This document shows, piece after piece, positions 1 to 9,101 of a DNA stretch of 64,000 bases. Positions within the stretch are counted from its first letter, which is position 1; each line of letters opens with the position of its first letter. Below the pieces are notes generated by a model that searched no databases, was not told the origin of the DNA, and was given only the letters and a program-made list of their open reading frames with translations. A program made the position numbers and the translations under genes. Source of the DNA: an uncultured Gemmatimonadales bacterium (GTDB lineage: Bacteria > Gemmatimonadota > Gemmatimonadetes > Gemmatimonadales > GWC2-71-9); contig CAWJMT010000036.1 of assembly GCA_963844035.1 (NCBI GenBank), forward strand, positions 64,001-128,000, in the 5' to 3' direction.

Positions 1-394
1 GGGCGACGCGCATCTCGTCGTTCAGCGCGTAGTCGTCGATGAACGGGCGGCTGGCGACGCTGGCCACCGCGATGGGCGGGCGCGCCAGCCGTGATCGCAG
101 CGCTTCTGGAGCGAGCACCGCCGCCTGGCCGTCGCCGAGCAGGGCCACGAGGCGGCGCAGTCCGCGCCAGAACTCGAGATCGGGCTGGGGTTGCACGGCG
201 CGGCGCAGCGATGCGGCGAGCGCCGAGTCCCAGTCGGCACGCACGTCGGCCCATCGGGAGGAGTTACGTCGCGCCTCGCTCCACACGCGCGCGACCAGCT
301 GGGTGCGGTCGGTCGCCGAGAGCTTTTGCGCGGCGCCGCGGGTGGTTGACGTCACCACGAACACCAGGAGGGCGAACAGCAGCCGGATGGACAT
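1..394 (-). CDS. Secreted protein, probable S41-family peptidase N-terminus (partial, runs off window start)
   Basis: Not in ORF track. Manual translation from ATG 394 gives MSIRLLFALLVFVVTSTTRGAAQKLSATDRTQLVARVWSEARRN...ADWDSAL...LRRLVALLGDGQ: a signal peptide plus a helical domain resembling S41/tricorn C1. TAGATT lies 6 nt upstream of the ATG. Confidence 0.65.
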   Translation of the reverse strand, partial: MSIRLLFALLVFVVTSTTRGAAQKLSATDRTQLVARVWSEARRNSSRWADVRADWDSALAASLRRAVQPQPDLEFWRGLRRLVALLGDGQAAVLAPEALRSRLARPPIAVASVASRPFIDDYALNDEMRVA

Positions 395-1625
395 GCGCCT
401 AATCTATTTGGTCCTCTTCATGGCGCCGCAGGTACTGCTCTACCGCTACCTGTGGGAGCGCCTCCCAAACCCCGAGCGGCCGCGCCAGGCCGGGATCGCG
501 CGCGCGGTCCTGACCGTCGTCTTCGTGGTCTTCAACATCCCGTGGATCTTCGTCGCCCACCGGGTGCTGTTCGGAACGGTGTGGGGCATCGGCTGGATAC
601 CGTTCACCGGTCCCTGGGTCGCGTGGCAGCTCCTGGGATGGATCTTCCTCGCGCTGGTCGTCCTCTATGTGGCGCTGAAGGGGTTGCTCTGGGTGGTGGG
701 ACGGCTCGAGCAATGGAAGGTCGGACGGGTGGACCCGGTCGTGGCGTTCGAGCTGTCGGATGCGCCGGAGGTCCAGCTCACCCGCCGTCAGTTTCTCGCG
801 CGCGGCACGTACGCCTACGCCGCGGCGGGCGCCGCGCTCTCGACGTACGGGATCTGGAGCGCGTATCGAGTCCCGGTCGTCACCCGCCGCACCCTCACGT
901 TCCCGGACCTGCCTGCCGCGTTCGACGGCCTGCGCGTGGCGCATCTCTCCGACCTTCACGCCGGGATACATCTGGGCGAGGACCGCATGCAGGAGATCGT
1001 CGCCCAGGTGAATGCACTGCGCCCCGATCTGGTCCTCCAGACCGGCGACATGATCGACATCTCGCGCCAGTACATCGCTCCCTACGTGCGTGCGTTTCGC
1101 GACCTGTCCGCCCCCCTCGGCTGTTTCACCGTGCTGGGCAACCACGATCACTACACCGGGTCGGCGCAGGTCGCGCGTGGCGTGCTCGACGCGGGACAGG
1201 TCCTGCTGATGGACCGATCCAAGGTGATCGAGCGTGACGGTGCTGCCATCGCCCTCCTGGGGATCGACGATCCCGACAACTGGAAGTCCGACGATCCCCA
1301 GGCGGAGTTTGTGGACCGCGCGCTCCGGCATGCCCCACCGGAGGCGTTCAAGATCCTGCTGAGTCATCGCCCCGGTGCCTGGGACGCGGCGGTACCTCGG
1401 GATATCCAGCTCACACTCGCCGGCCACATTCACGGTGGGCAGTTCTATCTCCCGGTCCTTGGCTGGTCGGCCGGGCGGCTGATCACTAAGTACGTCATGG
1501 GACACTTCCAGCGCGGCCACAGCCAGCTGTACGTGAGCCGCGGCATCGGCGTGGTGGGGGTGCCGATAAGAGTATTCGTGCCCCCGGAGATTGAGCTGTT
1601 TGAACTCAGGCGGGTAGGCGGGTAG
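393..1625 (+). CDS. Membrane-anchored calcineurin-like metallophosphoesterase (YkuE/YaeI type); start 393 or 420
   Basis: DLHAG, GDMID, GNHD, SHRP and GHIHGGQ motifs; N-terminal TM helices and an RRQFL motif. The ORF-track extension 39-392 is antisense to the upstream gene. Confidence 0.88.
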   Translation: MRLIYLVLFMAPQVLLYRYLWERLPNPERPRQAGIARAVLTVVFVVFNIPWIFVAHRVLFGTVWGIGWIPFTGPWVAWQLLGWIFLALVVLYVALKGLLWVVGRLEQWKVGRVDPVVAFELSDAPEVQLTRRQFLARGTYAYAAAGAALSTYGIWSAYRVPVVTRRTLTFPDLPAAFDGLRVAHLSDLHAGIHLGEDRMQEIVAQVNALRPDLVLQTGDMIDISRQYIAPYVRAFRDLSAPLGCFTVLGNHDHYTGSAQVARGVLDAGQVLLMDRSKVIERDGAAIALLGIDDPDNWKSDDPQAEFVDRALRHAPPEAFKILLSHRPGAWDAAVPRDIQLTLAGHIHGGQFYLPVLGWSAGRLITKYVMGHFQRGHSQLYVSRGIGVVGVPIRVFVPPEIELFELRRVGG

Positions 1626-1667
1626 ACGGGTGGTACGCCCGCCTACCCGCCTGCCCGCCTACCCGCC
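1608..1667. repeat. Inverted octamer tandem repeat (AGGCGGGT)x3 / (CCCGCCTA)x3-4 between convergent genes; hairpin, possible bidirectional terminator
   Basis: Read directly from the sequence. Confidence 0.8.
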
Positions 1668-2231
1668 CTTTATCGCGTCCCACGCCGCTTCAATCGTCGC
1701 ACCCACGCTCGCATGCTCCGCGGTCCACTCGCGGGCCGACACCCGGTCCACGACCAACGCCAGCACGCTCAGCCACACGGAGGCCCACAACTCCGCGGCG
1801 CCCGGTCTCACGGACCCGTCGGCCTTGCCATGGGCGATCACGCTCTCGACCGCGAGCCGGAAATCGCGCGCCACCTTGTGGCTTTCGTCGTCCAACAGGG
1901 CGCCGTGCCGCTGGACGAAGAAGAGCCGGGCAATCGCCGGCTCGCGCGCGGCGCCAGCCGCCAAGGCCCGCCCCAGCTCGTTCAGCCGCTCCCGAGCGCC
2001 CGCGTGTGCAGCCTCCGCCTCGGTGACCAGCTGGGCGGCCCAGCGCGCGGACGCCCGGTACAGCTCGTTCAGCAGGTGCTGCTTGCTGCGAAAGTGTCGG
2101 TAGATGGTGCCTTCGGCCACGCCCGCCTTCCGGGCAATCTGGGGCGTAGTGGCGAGGTGATAGCCTTCGGTCGTGAACAGCTCGAGGGCGGCACGCACCA
2201 AGCGCTGGCGCGTCAGGTCGGCCTGCGTCAT
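1659..2231 (-). CDS. TetR/AcrR family transcriptional regulator
   Basis: TRQRLVRAALELF...IARKAGVAEGTIYRHFRSK helix-turn-helix; ATG 2231 chosen. Confidence 0.9.
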   Translation of the reverse strand: MTQADLTRQRLVRAALELFTTEGYHLATTPQIARKAGVAEGTIYRHFRSKQHLLNELYRASARWAAQLVTEAEAAHAGARERLNELGRALAAGAAREPAIARLFFVQRHGALLDDESHKVARDFRLAVESVIAHGKADGSVRPGAAELWASVWLSVLALVVDRVSAREWTAEHASVGATIEAAWDAIKGG

Positions 2232-2342
2232 CGGGCGGCAATCTAACGCCGTGCTGGGCGCGATGCTGGGCGCGCCGCCGCGTGCGCCGCCGCTAGATTT
2301 CCAGCGCCTCGCGATTCCCCTCCAACCGGGAGGCCGCACTCG

Positions 2343-3478
2343 ATGCGGATTCTCGTGCTCGGCGCAGGGTTGCAAGGATCCGCCTGCGCGTACGATCTGC
2401 TCCAACAGCGCGCCGTGGACCGCGTCACGGTCGCGGACCTGAACCCTCAGGCCGCCGTCGACCTGCTCAAGGACCACCTCGGCTCGCGCCTCGTGCTCGC
2501 CACGGTGGATGTCCAAGACGCGACCGCCCTGCGTGGACGTCTTACGCGGGCATGACGTGGTCCTGTGCGCGCTGCCCTACTACTTCAACCTCGCCATCTC
2601 CCGGCTGGCGCTCGAGCTCGGCATCCATTCCGCCGACCTGGGCGGCAACACCGACATCGTGTTCCAGCAGAAGCAGCTCGATGCGGAGGCGCGCGCCAAG
2701 GGTGTGACGGTGGTCCCCGACTGCGGCTTGGCTCCAGGCATCGCCAACATTCTTGCCGCGGAGGGAATTCGCCGCGTTGCTGACGCGGAAACGGTCAAGC
2801 TCTTCGTCGGTGGGCTGCCGCAGCGTCCGGAGCCTCCCCTCAACTACCAGCTGGTCTATTCGCTGGAAGGAGCGCTCGACTATTACACCACGCCCGGCGT
2901 GGGTCTTGCGCGACGGGAAGCCCACCCACGTCGACCCGCTCTCCGAGCCCGAGCCGGTCGCGTTCCCGCCGCCGCTGGGCACCCTCGAGGCGTTCCATAC
3001 GGCCGGCGGTATCTCAACGCTGCCGTGGACGTACCAGGGTCGGATTCGTACCATGGAGTACAAGACGCTGCGCTACCCGGGTCACGTGGCGCTCATGCGG
3101 GCGATCCGGGATCTGGGATTGCTCTCGCTGGAGCCGATCAAGGTCAAAGGCCAGCAGGTGATCCCGCGCGATGTGTTCATCGCCGCGGTCGCCCCGAAGC
3201 TGACCAAGCCTGCGCAGCCCGACCTGGTGGCGCTGCGGGTGGAAGTGCGGGGACGGAGCGGCGCCCAGGTCGCGTGGCAGATACTCGACTACTTCGACGC
3301 AGTCCGGGGCATCAGCGCGATGCGGCGCGTGACGGGGTATTCGCTCGCGATCACCGGCGTCATGCAGGCGGACGGCCGTATCGGGGTGCCGGGCGTGCAC
3401 ACACCCGACGAGGCGGTGCCGTTCGCGGAATTCGTTGCTGAGCTGGGAAAACGAAACATCGAAATCAGAGAGGTGTGA
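2343..3478 (+). CDS. Saccharopine dehydrogenase / lysine 6-dehydrogenase family protein (frameshifts near 2530 and 2895)
   Basis: MRILVLGAGLQG Rossmann motif, DCGLAPG, GGLPQ, YKTLRYPGH across three frames; GGGAGG SD. Confidence 0.85.
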
Positions 3479-3480
3479 GA

Positions 3481-3534
3481 AGGTGTCAGGTGCCAGGTGT
3501 CAGGTCCCTGACACCTGACACCTGACACCGGCAC
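3481..3534. repeat. Inverted heptamer tandem repeat (AGGTGTC)n / (TGACACC)n between convergent genes
   Basis: aggtgtcaggtgccaggtgtcagg-tc-cctgacacctgacacctgacacc. Confidence 0.8.
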
Positions 3535-4712
3535 CTAGTAGCTCCACTGCGTCCCGAACAGGAGCTGTGCTCCCTCGCTGGCTGCGCCGACGCCCACCAC
3601 CAAGAGCGAGTTACGTAAGAAACGCACCGCCACTTCGACGCCTCCGCTCGGGTGCAGGCCGTCCGTGGTGAGGCGAAACCCTTCCCCTGGCCCGAATACC
3701 CGGCCCGTGTCGTAGAAGCCCACGATCACGACCTCGAACACGCTCGGAGCCAGGACCGCCCGGTAGCGCAGCTCGACCCCGCCGAGCAGCTTCCCCGGCC
3801 CTACAAACCGGGCGTCGTAGTAGCCACGCAGCGACTGGTATCCCCCCACGGCGACGAATGGGCGCTCGCTCGACTCCATCTCGACCTGGGGGGCCAGGGG
3901 CGGACTGCCGCCCGTTCCCTCCCCGCCGAGGCGTGCCGCGAGCACTAGGCGCTTGAACGGGTGCAGGTACACCCGTGCGCTCCCGGTCGTGCGCGTGTAC
4001 CCCGGCCCGCTCGCGAACAGTCCTTCAACCACGATTCCGGAATGGGGATCAAGTTCATTGTCGCGGGTGTCGAGCACCAACCCGGCCCGTACGGTCTTGT
4101 CGGTGAACCGTTCAAACGTCGAATCCTGTGCGAACAGACTGGGGCCGGGGAGTGCGTGAAAATCGGTGCGGGTGATGCCCGCACCTACGAGCGCGCGTAG
4201 CGGTCCCACCACGCGACGCTGTAGCGTGATGCGGGCGGCCGGATGAGTACGGCTGACCTGGTAGTAGTGCGGTGCATCCGCCGTGACACTGTCGGCAGTG
4301 TAGGGCGCGTCGTTCCCCAGGCCATAGAACCCCAGCCGATTGTCGCGAGCGGCGGACAGGGTCAGCCGGAGGCGCCATCCGTCCCACAAGGCGGGGAGCT
4401 GGGCGTCAGCGACCACGTTGTAGCTACCCTCCGTGCTCCCGCCCGCGTCGAAATTCACGGCGCCGGCGTTGAGCCTCCGGGCGCTCGCTCAAACCCGAGC
4501 GCGCTCGACAGACCGTAGTGCGCGGCAAACCAGAAGCCGTCCACCGTGCTGTAGTACGCGTAGGGATAGAACGAGCCGCTCCACGCGCGCTGCCCGCTGA
4601 GCGAAGGCACCAGGGCAAACGCGCCGGCCAGCGCGGTGACCCAGGTTCGCCGCGCGAACGTGGTCAGCTTGCCGGGGGTGGGGCGCACTCCTAATGTTCC
4701 GCTTCGTGTCAT
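3535..4712 (-). CDS. Omp85/BamA-TamA family outer-membrane beta-barrel (frameshift near 4460)
   Basis: DTRDNELDPHSG, GGYQSLRGYYDARF, FYDTGRVF; the signal peptide is in the upstream frame (4455-4712). Confidence 0.75.
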
Positions 4713-4798
4713 CAGATCCTTTCGACCGTCTCGAATCTATATGCGGGAGTCTTGGTCGCCCGGCGGAGCATGGCAGACCCGCGCGTCGGAGTTGAGGT

Positions 4799-5521
4799 GT
4801 GTCCGCGGCTCCTGAGTTGTCGCTCGTGATTCCGGTGTACAACGAACGGGACAGCCTGCCGCTCCTGGTCGGGGAGATCGCTGCCGCGCTGATTGGACGA
4901 CCCTACGAGATCGTGGCCGTGGACGACTGTTCGGACGACGGTTCCCTGGATGTGCTCAAACGCCTCAAGCTCGAGCACCCTCAACTGCACATTGTGGCGC
5001 TGGCGGCGCGCGCCGGTCAGACGGCTGCGTTCGCCGCGGGCTTCCAGGCCGCGCGTGGTGCGGTGATCGTCACCCTGGACGCCGATCTGCAGAATGACCC
5101 GGCGGACATCCCCGCGCTCGTCGGGCGGCTCGCCGAGACCGGCATGACGGCGATCGTCGGGTACCGGGTGAACCGCCGCGACTCCGGTTGGAAGCGCCTG
5201 CAGGCCCGTATCGCGAACGGTGTACGCAACCGGCTGAACGCCGAGACGATCCGCGACACTGGATGCTCGCTCAAGGCGTTTCGCGCGGATGCGGTGCGGG
5301 CGCTGCCCCTGTACAACGGCATGCATCGCTTCTTCCCAACCCTGATCAAGCTGTATGGAGGAACGGTGGGGGAGATCCCGGTGCAGCACCGGCCGCGTCG
5401 CTTTGGCCGAACCAAGTACGGCATGTGGAACCGCGTGTTCCGATCCCTGGCCGATGCCCTGGCCGTGCGCTGGATGCAGCGCCGGACGCTGCGGTACGAC
5501 GTGCGGGAGGAGTTGATCTAA
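4799..5521 (+). CDS. Glycosyltransferase family 2 (DPM1/ArnC-like polyprenol-phosphate glycosyltransferase)
   Basis: VIPVYNE, VDDCSDDGS, TLDADLQNDP, DTGCSLKAF, HRPRRFGRTKY. Confidence 0.9.
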   Translation: MSAAPELSLVIPVYNERDSLPLLVGEIAAALIGRPYEIVAVDDCSDDGSLDVLKRLKLEHPQLHIVALAARAGQTAAFAAGFQAARGAVIVTLDADLQNDPADIPALVGRLAETGMTAIVGYRVNRRDSGWKRLQARIANGVRNRLNAETIRDTGCSLKAFRADAVRALPLYNGMHRFFPTLIKLYGGTVGEIPVQHRPRRFGRTKYGMWNRVFRSLADALAVRWMQRRTLRYDVREELI

Positions 5522-5862
5522 TGAGCGCCCATGAAGAGTGGGTCAAGCAGATCGCGGCCGAGCTCGACGGTGAGCTGACGCTCCCGGAGCGGGCCACACT
5601 CGCCCACCACCTCGCGGGCTGCACCGCGTGCGCCGGTGCGCGTGCCAGCCATCTGGAGCTTCGGGTGGCGCTCGCGCGCTCGGCGGGTCAATTGGACGCA
5701 CCGGCAGGTCCTCGTCCCCAGATCCGGGGAGGCAGGGTTGTGCTCTGGGTGGCGGTCACCTTGTTCGTAGGAATCATGGCCGGGTGGCTCGCGCACGTTC
5801 GGTGGGGTGGGCCAGGCCCCGGCTCGCTGGAGGCGTCGCGTGCCGCGTTTACCCTGGAGTAG
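5521..5862 (+). CDS. zf-HC2 (ZAS-like anti-sigma) membrane protein
   Basis: LDGELT...HLAGCTAC followed by one TM helix; TAATG overlap with the GT2 stop. Confidence 0.75.
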   Translation: MSAHEEWVKQIAAELDGELTLPERATLAHHLAGCTACAGARASHLELRVALARSAGQLDAPAGPRPQIRGGRVVLWVAVTLFVGIMAGWLAHVRWGGPGPGSLEASRAAFTLE

Positions 5863-6721
5863 CTTCGCCGCCGCCGCCGCCGCGCTGCTGGCTGCGGCAC
5901 CGGCCGCGGCCCAGGTGCCGGGCTACCGCCTCACGTACGCGGTCCGCGTCCTGGAACGGGATGCCGGTGGAACGCGCGTGCTCGCGGTAGGGTCCGTAAG
6001 CGGTCCCCAGGAAACCAACCTTCGCCTCGCCCTGCGTACGGATACAGCGGAAGTGGAGGCGTTGCTCGACGTCTTCGCCGAGCCCGACACGGCGACCCTT
6101 TCGGGCGCATTCCTGGCGCGGCGTCGCGCCGGCCGTTCGCGTCGTGGCCTGCCGCTCTGGGAGGTGGACTCCTACCGGCGGAGCACACGCATCGCATGGG
6201 GTGCGACGTCCTACTTGTACCCCTTCGGCCGAGTGCAGGGTGGGGAGCGTCACGCGGTTTGGCTCGAGATCGTCGTCAGTCGCGAGTTCGCGGGGGGCCA
6301 AACGCGGCCTGCGGAGTTTGTCGGGATCAACGACTCCTCCCCAGTTCGGCTGACCCTCGAAGCGGTTGTACGCCCGCGGCGGGCCGCTGTGCGGCTCACC
6401 CTCCTGCGGGCCGATACCGCCAGCGCGCCCAAAGTGTTGGACATGGTCCCCGACGCGAGCAGCCGGCCGGTGACGTTCGTGGTGGGGCCAGGGCAGGCGC
6501 GCACGGTCGAAGTGGCTCTCACCCTCCCCGACCCGCCCCGCGCCGGCCGCGACAGTGCGCTCGCCACCAATGCGGACGTGCTGTGCCTGCTGGTCGTTGA
6601 CCCCGGATCCACGGAGCCGGCGCGGCGGCGTTGCGGGCGCTTGAATAACGTGGCGCGGCAGCTGCCCCTCTCCGATCGAGATACCCTGGTCGTAACGTTC
6701 GCCTGGCCAGCGGCGCGCTGA
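5840..6721 (+). CDS. Hypothetical exported protein
   Basis: GGAGG SD before GTG 5840; Ala-rich signal peptide AAAPAAA/Q. Confidence 0.6.
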   Translation: MPRLPWSSFAAAAAALLAAAPAAAQVPGYRLTYAVRVLERDAGGTRVLAVGSVSGPQETNLRLALRTDTAEVEALLDVFAEPDTATLSGAFLARRRAGRSRRGLPLWEVDSYRRSTRIAWGATSYLYPFGRVQGGERHAVWLEIVVSREFAGGQTRPAEFVGINDSSPVRLTLEAVVRPRRAAVRLTLLRADTASAPKVLDMVPDASSRPVTFVVGPGQARTVEVALTLPDPPRAGRDSALATNADVLCLLVVDPGSTEPARRRCGRLNNVARQLPLSDRDTLVVTFAWPAAR

Positions 6722-6732
6722 GCTCCGCAAAC

Positions 6733-6761
6733 TTGACAATGAGAATCCCGATTTATATCAT
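6733..6761 (+). promoter_or_regulatory. sigma70-type promoter TTGACA-17-TATCAT
   Basis: TTGACA 6733-6738 and TATCAT 6756-6761 in an AT-rich island. Confidence 0.75.
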
Positions 6762-6783
6762 CGGCTTTCCTGTCATGTCGTTG

Positions 6784-6806
6784 CAATTGATACTCATTCT
6801 CAATTG
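6784..6806. promoter_or_regulatory. Fur-box-like operator
   Basis: TGATACT-C-ATTCTCA (6788-6802) against the 7-1-7 consensus TGATAAT-N-ATTATCA, 2 mismatches, inside a CAATTG...CAATTG palindrome; upstream of iron-uptake-type genes. Confidence 0.75.
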
Positions 6807-6811
6807 GTGCC

Positions 6812-8020
6812 ATGCGACTGAGCGCTCTGTGCGTCGTGCTCTTGGGGTTGGCGGTCCCTGTCTCCGCGGCTGCCCAGGAAAAGGATGAATCGCACGATTC
6901 CGGGCGCTTCGGCTTCGGGGGTTTTGCCGTCCTCAACTATTTCCACTTCGCTTGGGACACCGACACCAACCGCCGCGACGCGGTGGATCTGGAGCGGTTC
7001 GTCCTCGAGTCGCACTACCAGGTGAATCCCCGGCTGTTGTTCGAGAGCGAGGTCGAATTCGAGCACGGCGGGACCGGCGTGACCATGGAGTTCGACCGGC
7101 TCGAGGAGTTCGGTGAGTTCGAGCAGGAGGTCGAAAAGGGTGGTGAGATCGTGGTCGAAAAGCTCCAGGCCACGTTCCAGCTGCGGCGGGCGTTGAACGT
7201 GCGGGTCGGGCACCTCTACGTCCCCGTCGGGCTGCTTACAGCGTACGACGAACCCGAGGACTACTTCACCAACACGTATCCGGAGGCCGAAGCGGCGTTG
7301 ATCCCCACGATCTGGCACGAGACGGGAGCGGGGGTTTTCGGGCAGGTAGGGCGGGTCCACTACCAGGGCTACGTGGTCACCGGGCTCGATGCCACCGGCT
7401 TCAGCTCGGCCACGTGGGTGCGGCGCGGCCACCAGGTGCGCTTCGAGACGGCGAACGCGGAAGACCTCGCCTTCACGGGGCGCGTGGATTTCGACGTCGC
7501 TCCCGAATGCCGCGTCGGCGCCTCCGCCTATTGGGGCAACTCAAGCGGGAACCGGCCCAAGCCCGACCTCGCGGTGCCTGCCTACGTCACGATTTTCGAC
7601 GGCCATGCCAACGCGGTGGTCGGTCGGTTCCGGCTGCGTGGCCTGGTGCTCTACGGCGAGCTGCAGAATGCCGACCTCGTGTCGGCCGCGAACCGCAACC
7701 TTTCCAACAACCTGAACGTGAAGCGTACACCGGTCGGGAGCGCCGCCCTCGGATGGTACGTCGAAGGCGGGGTCAACGTGCTGGGCTCCCATGCGCCCCT
7801 TTTCTTCTACGGGCGTTACGACTGGTACGACACCATGTACAAGGTGACCGGTGACGTGTTCGATAATCCGCGCTGGGCGCGTGAGGCAGTGACCACCGGC
7901 TTCAACTGGTTTCCCGATCCTCACTTCATCGTGAAGGCGTCGTACTCCCGGCGGACCATCGGAATCCCCTCGGCCAATGTCGAGGAGACCGTGGCGCTGG
8001 GAGTCGCGGCGCAGTTCTAG
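6812..8020 (+). CDS. Outer-membrane porin-like beta-barrel associated with imelysin loci
   Basis: Signal peptide, EVEFEHGGTG motif, C-terminal LGVAAQF. Confidence 0.75.
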   Translation: MRLSALCVVLLGLAVPVSAAAQEKDESHDSGRFGFGGFAVLNYFHFAWDTDTNRRDAVDLERFVLESHYQVNPRLLFESEVEFEHGGTGVTMEFDRLEEFGEFEQEVEKGGEIVVEKLQATFQLRRALNVRVGHLYVPVGLLTAYDEPEDYFTNTYPEAEAALIPTIWHETGAGVFGQVGRVHYQGYVVTGLDATGFSSATWVRRGHQVRFETANAEDLAFTGRVDFDVAPECRVGASAYWGNSSGNRPKPDLAVPAYVTIFDGHANAVVGRFRLRGLVLYGELQNADLVSAANRNLSNNLNVKRTPVGSAALGWYVEGGVNVLGSHAPLFFYGRYDWYDTMYKVTGDVFDNPRWAREAVTTGFNWFPDPHFIVKASYSRRTIGIPSANVEETVALGVAAQF

Positions 8021-8048
8021 CCAACCTTTCAACAATCCTTTTGGATGA

Positions 8049-9101
8049 ATGATGAAGACTCTGCTTCCCCTGCTCGGCGCCCTGTTGCTCGTCACCTCCG
8101 CCTGCAACGAAGACACCGCCGCTCCTCCGGCCGGGTTCGACGCGACCGCCATGCTGGCCGACGTCCCGACCAAGGTCATCCTCGCCACCTACCAGGACCT
8201 CGAGGCGAAAGCGGTGGCGCTGCGCACGGCCGTTAATACGTTTAACGGGGCACCGACCGATCCGAACCTCACCGCGGCCCTGAACGCGTGGCGGGCAGCC
8301 CGCCGTCCGTGGGAGCAGGCTGAGGGCTTCTTATTCGGCCCGGTCGAAACGCAGGGGATCGACCCGGCGATCGACAGCTGGCCCGTGAATCGGGTGGACC
8401 TCGACGCCGTACTGGCGAGCGCAGCGACACTCAACCAGGCGTACATCGATGGACTCGAGGGCACGCTGAAGGGATTTCATACGATCGAGTACCTGCTATT
8501 CGGCACGACGAGCACCAAGGTGGCGGCGGACTTCACCGCCCGCGAGCGCGAATATCTCGTTGGATCGACGGCGAGTCTCGCGGCGGCGGTGACGACGCTC
8601 CGCGCCGCATGGGATCCGGCCGGCGGCAATTACGCGCACACCGTGTCTTCCGCCGGTGCCGCCGGAAACGCCGTCTACATCAGCCAATCCGCCGCGATGC
8701 AGGAGCTGATCAACGGCATGATCGTGATCTGCGACGAAGTGGCCAACGGCAAGATCAGCGGTCCTTTCGATCAGCAGGATCGCTCGCTCGAGGAGTCCCA
8801 GTTCAGCAACAACTCGAACCAGGACTTCGCGGACAACATCCGCAGCGTGCAGAATGTGTACATGGGCAACTACGGCACGTCGAGCGGCACCGGCGTACGG
8901 GCGCTGGTCCTCGCGAAGCAGTCGAGCCTCGATGCCACCATCCAGAGTCAGATAACCGCCGCAATCAACGCCATCGGCGAGATGACGCCGACCTTCGGGG
9001 AGGCGATCACCAGCAATCCCACTAAGGTCGAGGCGGCACGCACGCGGATCCGTGACCTCAAGCTGACCCTCGAGTCGCAGGTGCTGGCGTTGGCACAATG
9101 A
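8049..9101 (+). CDS. Imelysin-like (peptidase M75) iron-regulated lipoprotein
   Basis: Lipobox VTSAC, WEQAEGFLFGP, IDSWP, GFHTIEYLLF. Confidence 0.88.
   Translation: MMKTLLPLLGALLLVTSACNEDTAAPPAGFDATAMLADVPTKVILATYQDLEAKAVALRTAVNTFNGAPTDPNLTAALNAWRAARRPWEQAEGFLFGPVETQGIDPAIDSWPVNRVDLDAVLASAATLNQAYIDGLEGTLKGFHTIEYLLFGTTSTKVAADFTAREREYLVGSTASLAAAVTTLRAAWDPAGGNYAHTVSSAGAAGNAVYISQSAAMQELINGMIVICDEVANGKISGPFDQQDRSLEESQFSNNSNQDFADNIRSVQNVYMGNYGTSSGTGVRALVLAKQSSLDATIQSQITAAINAIGEMTPTFGEAITSNPTKVEAARTRIRDLKLTLESQVLALAQ

Noticed and set aside
39..392. 118-aa N-terminal extension of the metallophosphoesterase in the ORF track
   Set aside because: Low-complexity R/S/A sequence that is the antisense of a signal-peptide-bearing minus-strand gene starting at 394
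1608..3534. Short repeats as a CRISPR array
   Set aside because: The 7-8-nt units are contiguous, with no spacers and no cas genes
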